64,000 bases of DNA from the IMG/VR virus record IMGVR_UViG_3300006147_000007. One strand, 5' to 3'. Below, piece by piece: positions 20,101-29,600 of this stretch (position 1 is the stretch's first letter; every line of letters starts with the position of its first letter). This DNA is from a virus (Duplodnaviria; Heunggongvirae; Uroviricota; Caudoviricetes). The notes beneath the pieces are model-generated. The model saw only the letters and a program-made list of their open reading frames with translations. It had not been told where the DNA came from and made no database searches. Position numbers and translations under genes: made by a program.

Positions 20101-21409
20101 TCTGTGTTGTATCATCCTTATATGCATCTTTTAGCCATATATGGGAAGAAAAAGAAATGTTTGAATTTGATGAGCCTGTTAAAGATAACTCAATATCATA
20201 TTCATTTGGCATAATCTGTTTTGCAAATGTTTTTATAGACCTGAGTACACTATCATAAGTTTGATTCTCAGAAGATTTACAAGCATATGATATTTTTCCT
20301 CCGGCACCAAATAATTCTTCGTGTATTGACCTTGCTGTTGTATTAGACGAAGCCAAACTTGGCATCATTTCTGACTGGTAATACAATATTTTATCAACGC
20401 ATTCGTTATATCTGTCCCATAAATTATTATATTCATTCTGATAAGAATTTACTAACGTATCATGTTCTATTAATGCCTTCTGGAGAGGTTCTGACATCTG
20501 TGATGTTTGGTCTGGTGAAAATATCCACATATAATTTCCATCCATCAGTCTGTCACCAATTAAATTAGTGATAATGTCATCAGCACCTTCAATCTTAAAG
20601 CAGTTCTTTACAGAATCTTTATCTCCTGTTAAAGTAACAGATTCAACAAGATTCTGATTATCAATAAATACTCCTGTGTCTTTCCCATAACCATATGTAA
20701 TATAATCAGAAGAGTGACAGTGCTGGCATACACCATCTTTTACCTTTCTATAGTTTCCGGCTGTAATACAAGATTGTCTGTTACAGTGGTCTTTTAGGTC
20801 ATAACAATTAATTTCCCGTTTGAAATTATCAAAAATAAAAATACATTCAAGTTCCTCAGCTACAGTCTGTAAGAAATCGTATACCGTTTGGTCATTACAA
20901 GAAAAAGTTTTTTGTATACAGGCAACAGAAGCGTCTATGTGTCCAATGGTATAGTGTGGCATAGATTTAAATATTCTATGCAGCAATGAGCCTTCTGTAT
21001 TATTTTGATCATATATTACAGTTTTGACATAATCTTCTCTGGCAATGTCATCTTCCGTATTGATTTCCAGTGTAACTTTTGTCTGTGAAGTTTCTGCTTC
21101 CCCAAGGGATATTCCTGTAACTTGCTTATAAGCACATTCTTCAACTGTAAGCGGAGTTGCAATTTCAAAATACCCTTTTCCTTCCACAAGAATAATCTGT
21201 ATATCATTAACCTTATACCAAAATGGATTTATTTCCCCATTGTTATTCTTATATATTTTAAAACTGACTTCATCATTCTGATTTAATCGCATTACAGCAT
21301 GCAAATCTTCAATTGGGTATAATTCTCCCTGTATATTTAATGTCCTGTCACAGATAAATACTTTATCCTGTTCAACAGAACCATCTAAATTTACAATAAA
21401 TTGACTCAT
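17156..21409 (-). CDS. tail-associated lysin / host-specificity protein (Tal) with a C-terminal peptidase-S74 intramolecular chaperone domain
   Basis: 1417 aa, directly after Dit. C-terminus SDLKQKDVIS...LKPIEYTFKN...RIHMGFGAQHVAQAAKDL matches the S74 autoproteolytic chaperone signature. Start moved to MSQFIVNLDG. Confidence 0.55.
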   Translation of the reverse strand: MSQFIVNLDGSVEQDKVFICDRTLNIQGELYPIEDLHAVMRLNQNDEVSFKIYKNNNGEINPFWYKVNDIQIILVEGKGYFEIATPLTVEECAYKQVTGISLGEAETSQTKVTLEINTEDDIAREDYVKTVIYDQNNTEGSLLHRIFKSMPHYTIGHIDASVACIQKTFSCNDQTVYDFLQTVAEELECIFIFDNFKREINCYDLKDHCNRQSCITAGNYRKVKDGVCQHCHSSDYITYGYGKDTGVFIDNQNLVESVTLTGDKDSVKNCFKIEGADDIITNLIGDRLMDGNYMWIFSPDQTSQMSEPLQKALIEHDTLVNSYQNEYNNLWDRYNECVDKILYYQSEMMPSLASSNTTARSIHEELFGAGGKISYACKSSENQTYDSVLRSIKTFAKQIMPNEYDIELSLTGSSNSNISFSSHIWLKDAYKDDTTQNDEYTASVSLSVKDGWCIYYNNSADNSVFTTDYFMYLKQQLEMSLEKSEMTDDVISFEPRVSASYDGENDPQKLSPIHYTKYCYNRLKSFRDAYESCSQIIAKHSEQISSDNAGTLKYINPNGNQSGIYNDLLKKYYDRIVILDERMAYLESRINSISSERDSYENRIKEIKSICNMENFLKNYNNSSYRDDLWIELCSFKREDTYRNDNYIGDGVKYEEIIKNVEGLIKRATEELERACEISYSINTTIGNLLTMQEFKPLWDDFTLGNWIRIQVDNDIYKLRLISITFDYSDLSHISVEFSDVTKSNNPMTDLKSLFQQAASIATNFNSVSRQAEKGYMTNQEFAIMKEAGLDVANTMITNADNQEFVIDRYGITGRVWNDIENAYDREQIRMINNLLCFTSDSWKHTRLALGKIYYYDDDEKQYKWAYGLNAEVLIARLIMSELLKIYNKSGTYTIDDNGFHIVCNDNTIEIDARTPSFSISKIVNGNKHIYMHYSPTDGLVIDGTGKFSGYVLVGSETGKHIMLDPAKPSMVINDGEKNIFDFNSDGNGKLKITAGIITSILQSEDYSPRESGMCINLEEKFIEVYDESNNEILSYNLDENELLRIKKAEIGGWKIKDDLIYSMNNNGSSCIYLKSDPNNMQIASYKKTSNINESFCSFMHDGKWSFGLYDSNGFVDNLGYTDISQCGIYARSEAGMNSERGDREYLLGVNTIDDSVVITGHSDTSPALRVTNYGQGDALYCESSSTGSDNKAFHCKVYNGDDEIYYFSVFGEYGSTSSGGVPNKRLVFRADTHDENGIEQACEKSALGTITFPWNEIHATNINSTSDLKQKDVISIMNKQKSLNFINTLKPIEYTFKNSTSKRIHMGFGAQHVAQAAKDLDMGDLALYGASVITDDGAEEYFNDSVDDSKLSWGLKYDEFEAPIVASIQALYEMVTEQTNTIHEKDTEIKNLKKQVNELSGKFEKLEEILQKHGLS

Positions 21410-21410
21410 C

Positions 21411-22277
21411 TTATGGCAGCACACTCCTTATTGTTCTATAATGAAAAGACAGGTTGCAACTACCACCTGTCACAGTAAATACATTTTTTCTTGTTTCGTT
21501 TAATTCTGAAAAATTTATCAATCTCGGATATTTGAAATTAAAGTCATTGTTAATATTTTCTCTTGTATGTACAGTATTTTTATTTGTTGCTATCATATGG
21601 TTAGCAATTGTAATATGTTCACCATTTTTACAGTTATTTATCTGTGTTGTGTATTGAATAGTGGGAGAGTAGAGTGTATCCAAATTATTTTTTATCTGTA
21701 ACTTTTTAGCATCAGAAGTCATTAAAATATCAATTTCATCGAAATATAAAGCACCTGTTTTATCACTATCGTTATAGATAGTAAATGAGCTTCCATTACT
21801 ACATGATGCTTCAAATGTTTGTATATCACTGTATCCAAATGGAGCATCGCAGGTAACATCTATCTGTGCCCCAACAATTTTTCCGGTCACACGTATCCAT
21901 TGTAATTTATTCTGAGTACGAAAGAATGTATTTTCGTATCCTTCGTAACCACCTTGAAAAAATCGTAGTAATTTATATCCATCTGTTCGTACCAGCCATC
22001 TAAGTAAAAAAGCACAGTTCTGTTGAGATAATTCATAATTCCTGTCTTTATTAATACTACAATCAAATTTTCCGATTTGGAAACTTGTTGTTAATGGTGT
22101 TTCATATTTGCTTCCATGAAAATTCCACGAATATGAATTCACTGGCTTAGAGGTAGTAAATGTAATTTCATTTCCTGCCATGCCGACACCATCATTGGAA
22201 AAGCCATCAAAGTTTGCTATATAATATCCGAGGTCAGATGACTTGATTCCATTAAATTCAAAAATGTCTGCATACAT
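21411..22277 (-). CDS. distal tail protein (Dit)-like
   Basis: 288 aa, immediately upstream of Tal; N-terminus MYADIFEFNGIKSSDLGYYI typical of siphovirus Dit proteins. Confidence 0.45.
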   Translation of the reverse strand: MYADIFEFNGIKSSDLGYYIANFDGFSNDGVGMAGNEITFTTSKPVNSYSWNFHGSKYETPLTTSFQIGKFDCSINKDRNYELSQQNCAFLLRWLVRTDGYKLLRFFQGGYEGYENTFFRTQNKLQWIRVTGKIVGAQIDVTCDAPFGYSDIQTFEASCSNGSSFTIYNDSDKTGALYFDEIDILMTSDAKKLQIKNNLDTLYSPTIQYTTQINNCKNGEHITIANHMIATNKNTVHTRENINNDFNFKYPRLINFSELNETRKNVFTVTGGSCNLSFHYRTIRSVLP

Positions 22278-22300
22278 CTATAATACCTCCAATTAATTTT

Positions 22301-22561
22301 TTATATTCCAAAGATTCTTCTCGTCTTTAGTCTTAAAAGCATCATTCTATATTTCCATCTGTTTTTAATACCAGTAATTTTTAGTTTGTCAAGTTCAACA
22401 TACTTCTCGTACAATTTATCTATTATACTGGAATAACGTTCAATTTCTGATAATATATTTTCACTGATTTCTTCGTTGTTTATTTCATGCAATCTATTAT
22501 TTTCATCCATTAATCTTTTATTATCGTTTACCAATAGTTCAATTTTTCTCTTTTTTGTCAT
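22301..22561 (-). CDS. hypothetical coiled-coil protein
   Basis: 86-aa ORF between the HslV-like gene and Dit. Confidence 0.3.
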   Translation of the reverse strand: MTKKRKIELLVNDNKRLMDENNRLHEINNEEISENILSEIERYSSIIDKLYEKYVELDKLKITGIKNRWKYRMMLLRLKTRRIFGI

Positions 22562-22579
22562 ATACTCACTCCGTTTTTT

Positions 22580-22837
22580 TCATTTAGATAATTTTTTGCA
22601 TAGAAAAAGAGCAGGAGAATATGTCTCTTGCTCTACATTAAATTTACAATTACTATTTTTTAAATAATTTGTCGTAGAAATATCTATTTCTTTAGTAATG
22701 CGCCAAATGTAATTATCAGAAATTACATTTAGCACTTGATATTTATTATTTTCCCAATTATCACTTGTGAAAGCAATACTTATATTAGAAAACGACAATC
22801 CTTTTGGAATGAAATTATTTTTATTTTTTGATGACAT
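22580..22837 (-). CDS. hypothetical protein
   Basis: 85-aa ORF overlapping the previous gene by 17 nt. Confidence 0.3.
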   Translation of the reverse strand: MSSKNKNNFIPKGLSFSNISIAFTSDNWENNKYQVLNVISDNYIWRITKEIDISTTNYLKNSNCKFNVEQETYSPALFLCKKLSK

Positions 22838-23480
22838 CCTTTAATCTAATCCTTTCAAATACAACATTATTATTAATTTCAGAATCTATTATTGAACATC
22901 TTTCGAATACTTCCATTAAAATATTTTTGTATTGTCGAATTGTTGTAAAATCGTATAGTCCTATATCATGATATTGATTAGTTAATTTTTCAAATTCTTC
23001 TTTGTGTTCAATTTTTCCAGCACTTATACATTTGTATGGAAAATCCCATTTTCTTTTTGCAACAAATATACCATTTGGTTGATTGTCATTTGGTGACAAA
23101 CTAAACGTTGTGCCTTCAAATTCGTTTCCATTATAACCACATACAATACTCATTATTTCATATGTTTTAGAATTTGATTTATCGTCATGAATCATTTTCA
23201 ATTCATTAAATTTCTTTGTTATTATATATACAAACTCTTTGTATGACATAATTATATCATCGTTTAGTTTTGTTAATCCTTTTTCATTAGAGTAATTACA
23301 AAATCCCTCAAATAACTCATAATTATCTTTCACTCCACCTGTACAACCAAAAATGATTTGACTATTTAATTTTACTAATTTATTACAACTATCAATCATT
23401 GTTCCATCTGGTTTTATTCCTCTTGTTTCAGCAGCAACAATAATAAAATTTTCTGTAACAACAGCCTGTACTAAACTCAT
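22821..23480 (-). CDS. HslV / 20S-proteasome-beta-like Ntn-hydrolase (N-terminal Ser after Met removal)
   Basis: [20 protein letters not shown]...[27 protein letters not shown] aligns with HslV TTIVSVRRNGHVVIAGDGQ...[30 protein letters not shown]. Start set at the ATG five nt after GGAGGAAG, not the upstream TTG. Confidence 0.5.
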   Translation of the reverse strand: [219 protein letters not shown]

Positions 23481-23628
23481 ATGTTCTTCCTCCAATCATC
23501 AGTATATTATAAATTTAATTATATACCAATAATTGACAAATATCTACAAGAACGTATATTCTGAATTTTTACTTTGGTTATTGTTCATTTATTGATAAGA
23601 GGGCAGCATTACACCGCCCTCCAAGTAA

Positions 23629-26600
23629 CTAAAACTTTTTCAGAACATTTTGGAACGGATTTTTAATATCACCCAATACGCATTCCGACATCCTCTGTTT
23701 ATTTCTTGGCTGGTTTAGCTGTTGGAACATAGATTCCATATCTACTATTCCGCTTCCATCTAAATGTACATTAATATCTCCCGTATTAACAGAAGTATTA
23801 TTCGTGTTATTGACAGGGACACTTTCATACTTTGGCATCATGTCAGTATACTCAAACGGCATACCAAGATGTGCCATTAATATCCGTTCCTGCTCTGGCG
23901 TAATCTTTGAACCAACAGGTATATACCTGTCTGCAATCTTCTTTACTGCTTTTGTCTCTTCTTTTGTGAGGACAGCTTCACCTTTCTGTATGGTAATTAT
24001 TCCGTCATCACCGTTATCCTTTGCAGCTTTATTTAATGTACTTGCAATACCACCGTCTGCAAATCCAGCGTTCTTAAAGGCATTACGAATTTTAACGGAT
24101 TCATCATAGGTAATGTTCTTTTTATCCTTAAGGCTGATACCAAGCATTTCGGCAAGTTCCGCTTCCTTTGCTTTGGTCAGATAACCTTTCTTATTGTATT
24201 TCTTATCAAGGTACTGCAATAGTTTGTCCGTTGCAATCCGCATGGATTCTTCCGTATTCTTTGGTTTGCGGAGGTTCTTTTTCAGAAAGGAATCAATTTC
24301 CGCATCCTTTCCAACCCTGTTATTATCAGATATGGTTTCCTTGCCTGCTGTTGCAGTATTGTTTGTGGTATCTGCAACATTATGTTCTGATGACGTTCCG
24401 TTTTGTACAGCCTGTACCAGATTATCCTTACTTTTTTCAACACTTTCACCGAATGCTTCTTTTTCATCCTGCAAAACCTTGTTTAAGTCGCTGGTTGTAT
24501 CCGTGACACGTTTTACTTCGTAGGTTAAATCGTCTGCTGCGGAAGTTGTATCATCAATGCTTGTGTCAAACTTATTGTTTACATTCGTGCCTGTCTTGTC
24601 ATATGTGGATTCATAGGAATTACCGCCATAATCAATACTGCTGTTGGTATGTGTCCCGTCCGGGTTATATGTGGTAATAATGGACAGGGCATCTCCGAGT
24701 CCGAGTTCATCCAGTGCCCTTGCAACAGCTTCCGGGTTATCCGTAACCATCTGTAACAGACTGTCCATGGAACCGTTTATGTCTTTTCTCAGGTCATTCA
24801 TGATTCTTTCCCAGAAATCCTCTACTTCGTCAGCAAGGGTATCAAGCATGTCGGTCTGGTCATCATACCACTTATCATACTCCGTGTCCCTTAGTTCTTC
24901 CTGTGCTTCCTCAAGGCTGACCTGTAACTTTTGTAGTTTTGCCCTTGCTTCCTCACTGTGGTCACCTGATAATGCTGCAATCTGTTTCTGTATTAAAGCA
25001 ATATTCTTTGTCTGCTTTGCAACCTTTTTTTGGTATTCGTATAAATCTTTCTCTGTTGCCAGTGCATTCTTTTTCTTTTCAATCAGCTCATTAATGGAAT
25101 CAACCTGTACTTGTAATGCATTCTCTACAAGGTCAAGGATGGCATCTTTCTCATCTGCAATGGCTTTTGTGCTGTCCCTTATGATATCAAGCTGCTCCTC
25201 ACGCTTTGCCATAAATTCCTCTTCGTTGTATCCGTCTGTACCATCTGCATGTTTTTCATACAGTTTATCCAATTCCTTCTGTGCATTCTCAATAACCTTC
25301 TTATGATTATCCATGTTTGAGAATCGGAGCGATATGGTGGCAAACCCTTCATCCGTCAGACCTCCTGATTCCTTGCTGGTCAGTTCCTCATGTGAGAGCA
25401 TGTCAACCAAAAAGTCAAGATGGCTCTTTGTGGCATCAAGCTGCGCTGCCATAAGTGAGAATTTCTTAAAGTCTAATTCATTGATGGCTTTTTGGAATTC
25501 AATGGTCTGCTGTGTGCAGGAGTAAAGGGACTGGTCAATGGATTCCATGTCATTTTTCCATGCATACCATTCCTTAGAACCGTATTCAAACTTCTTCCCG
25601 GCTTCCTCCAGTTCCGAACGTTCCTTTAACAGCTTCTCTTTTGTGCCTTCATTAATCTTCATCATCCCATCATACAATGACTTGGAAACAGACTGCCCAG
25701 CGGCTTCCAGTGTGGCAATTTCAGACTGTATGGTTGAAATCCTTGCGTCATTCAGACCTGTCTTATTGTCATATTCCGCTTTGATATTGTCATACATCTT
25801 TTGATAGGATTCATTGACTTTTTCCTGTTTCTCAGCCTGTAAGCGTTTCTGCTCTGTGGCATCGCCTTCCAGTTCAGCAATCTTAATCAGTTTATCGTAC
25901 TGCTTATTCAGGTATTTCAGGCTTTCGGCTTCATATTTGTTCTTATCTTTTGCGGAAACAGCATTGGTTTCATACTGCTGGTTCAGGTTGTATTTTGCCT
26001 CTGCTTCATCAGCATAGTTTTGCGCCCGTTCTATGCGTTTCTCACGCATGTTTGTTTCATTCTGCTCTTTGGCAAGTTTCTTATCACGTAAAACATCTGC
26101 TACAAAATCAACACTGTTATTGTAGTTAAGAAGCTTTTGATAGGTTGCCGTATTGTGCTTTCTGACTTTCTTCATAAGGGCAGAAGGGATTTCCTTACCC
26201 TGCTTAATCAGTTTTTTGATTTTATTCTTCTCTGATTTGCTAAGCCCTTTTGTATTATTTACGGCAGACTTTGCAGTTTTCCCGCTCTTATTCCTTTGTG
26301 TTTTAGATTCCTGATAGTACTTTTTATATGCCTCGTTGTCTGACTTGTAGGTATTGATTTCCTTATTCAGAATCTTATGTTTCTCTTTTGCGGTTGTGGC
26401 ATTGGCGTATCTTGCTTCCTGATAGGTGCGCTTTCTCTCGTTGTCCTCAAGCTTCAAGTCTAACTTCTGTTTTGAGAGGTCTTTGATTTCTGCTTTGAGT
26501 TCCTGTACCGCTTTTTTAGCATCTTTTACTTTATCAATGTAATCCTGATATTTGTTAATCTGCTTTGCAGTCTTTTCACCGTATTCCCTGATTAATTCTG

Positions 26601-29600
26601 ACAGGCTTCCTTTGATGTCACCGTTTCTGACTTTTTTCTTTAAAGGTTCTGAAAGTTTGATGCTGTCTGCTTTCTTATTGTATTTTGTAACGGCTTTCTG
26701 CTGTGCATTAAGAAGTTTTGTAGTCTTCTCTATCTGATTCGTCAGGTTATTCTTTTGTCGTTTTACGGAAAACAGGTTGTCAAACTTTGCCTTGGTTAAG
26801 TCTATCTTGTCCTGTAATACATCCAGTTTACGTTCAATCCAGTCAATAAGCTGTTTGGAATCTTTCTTTTTGTCTTTATCGGATGACTTTTTCGACTTAG
26901 ATGATTTTTTCTGTGATTTCCTTTCAGAGGAAGAGTAAGTCCATCCTGGAATACCAGAACCAATAGATGCCCCATTTGTTGAACCAGCGTTATAAGCCAT
27001 TTTCCCGCGGTTATTGGAAGACGTAATTTTGCCATTCTTTAAGAGCTGTCTTGTCTGCATATGGTTAAAGACAATATCGCCTTTTTTCAGTTCGGTAAAC
27101 TGTGCGCCGCCTTTTACGGTGAACCATCTTCCGTCACGGACGATCAGTTCCTCACCAAGTTCATTGACTAATGCTGTCTGGTCTTTTGGGATGCTGATAT
27201 TGCCGGAAGCATTTGCAAATCCCTGCTTTGCAAGGTTTCCTTTTAATAAATTAAAAGTCCCATTTGCATGTGATTTTTTATTATCACTTTTCTCTTCCTT
27301 TTCTTTATTTTTACTGTCCTTTTTTGATGGTTTAGAAGACACTTTGTCAAGTTCGCTGGAATCAACCTCGACTTTTGCCTTAATGGTTTTCTGAAGTGTC
27401 TTATCCATAAACTCATTTACTGCTTTGTCATCAAGCTCCGTAGTGACTTTTAAAGTTGTCTCTTTCTTTTCTTTTTTATAGGCATCCACTTCTTTGTGGT
27501 TTACAATGGCATTGACCATTACATCAATGTCGTCTTTGCCTAATTTTTTCAGTTCATCCTTTGCGGAAGATATATCGTCAAAATCAATATGGATATCTGA
27601 AAGCTCTTTCCCATAATTGGACTTGATTGCTTTGATATCACTTTTTATTTTTTTCTCCGTTTCCGATGTATCTGCGCCGATCTTCATCTGGATATCATAA
27701 GTATTGATTTCTTGCTGGATTCTTTGCAGCATGGATACGACACCGACAGCTTTGCCGCTTAACTGGCTTGCATCAACCTGTAGGATGGCAGGCTTCTCAA
27801 TCTCCTGTTTTTCTGTCAGTAGTTTGGCAAGGATGGTCTGTGCTTCCTTCGCGCCTTTTACATTGACATCCACGTTCCCGTCTTTATCCCTGAACGTATT
27901 TAATACATTTTTGGCATCTTCAATCTGCGTGTTTACTCTGCTGATATCGCCTGTATCGAACTTAAATTTCATCTTTTTACCGATTTTACCAAGTTCTTTT
28001 AATTTGCTGTAAGCTTTCTCAGCAGCAACCCCCATCATTTCAAGGGAACCAAAACTGTCCCCAAAATCAATGTAAAATCCGTAATCAACCAGTTTCCGTA
28101 AAATAGCCTGTAAAGCTTCCACGTCAATTCCCAGCCTCTTGGCAACGTCTTTGTCACTGGAACCGCCTGCACCGAAATCAATCTCCCATGAGCCGTCTTT
28201 ATTCATATGCGCCCATTCTGAATTGATTTTCTGCACGTCCTTTAAGAAATTCTCTGCGCCTTTGTGTCCATCAGTGAAGTATCGCTCTATCTTGCCAATG
28301 CTTTGCTGGTATGCTTTTACAACTTCTTCTGTTGTCGCACCTGCTAAGTCTTTTGGCGAGATAAGGTCAACATATGTGCGGAAATCATCTGTGCCAACAA
28401 GCCCTTTTTTATATAATTCCTTTACAGATTTGATATTCCCATAAATGGAATCATACATATCACCTTCATTTGCTGTGGACAATGCATTCTGCCACTTGTT
28501 ATAGGCGGAGGTAAGCCCTACATACTGGTCTGCAAGCTGTGCCGCCTGCTGGTACTGGTCGTATAGGCTGTCAACAACGGACTGCTCCTCACCGTTCCTT
28601 AAAGCATCCTGCCATGAATTATAGGCATCCTCAACATTCTGGTAAAACTCTTTTGCGGTATTGTCGTCGTATTCCTTTTTGAGTTTTTCCAGTTCCCTTG
28701 TGTTGAGGCGGAGTCCGTTTGCTGTCTTGTCAAGAAGTTTGTCTTCATCATATCCTTTCAGGTCACTGAACATGGAAGTAACAGCATCAACAGAATCAGA
28801 GGATAACCCTGTGCCTGATACGGATTCTGACAGGGCAGTAGTGAGTGAAGATACATTTTCGGATACAGACTCGTATGTTTCTTTGAGTGCTTCTAACTGC
28901 TGTGCGGTTTTGTCAACAGCATCCATGGTAAGATATTTCCGTTTTGCTTCTGCTGCATTGTCAGCTTCAGCGGCAATTTCTTTCCATGTGTCAATTTCTT
29001 CTTTTGTGTTAATGGAATTTTCCTCAAAGAATTTTTCGAGGTCTTCTTTCTGGCTGTCATCCAGTTTCCATTTTTCTGCTGCGGATTTGATTGCACCATT
29101 GTAATCATTTACAAGTTCATCGAGATTGTCAAAGCCAAGGCTGGAAAGTAGTTTATTCTGTTGGTCATCTGTTTTTAATCCAATAGCGTTGCCGATTGTG
29201 CTGATAAGGGAACGGACTTTTGTAACGTACTCATTGACAGGAAGTTTGTCTATTCCTTTTCCGAATAGCTGGCTCCATGCTTTGGAGAAATCTCCATCTT
29301 TAGAAACATTGTCAATTAACTTTTGGGCAAATATGGCAATGTCATCTTGTGATTTTAAGTTTAGGTCATCCCATAATTCACTATTAAAAGATGATACCAA
29401 AGTAGTTATGGAATCTCTCTGCTTATCATTTAATTTTGAGTCATCCCAAAAATCTTCTTTCATATGTAGGGCATTGATTAAATCTGAACGTCCTTTTGCT
29501 ACATCGGATTCTATATCAGCAGAAAATTGTTCTATTTTTGCCGCTATTTTATATTGCAGTTCTTGGAATTTTTCATCATTATATTCCAATATATCATCCA

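Noticed and set aside
23500-23628. GC-rich hairpin GAGGGC...GCCCTC between the tape measure stop and the HslV-like gene, as a terminator
   Set aside because: No U-run follows on either strand. It is more likely an mRNA structural element or coincidence within an operon.
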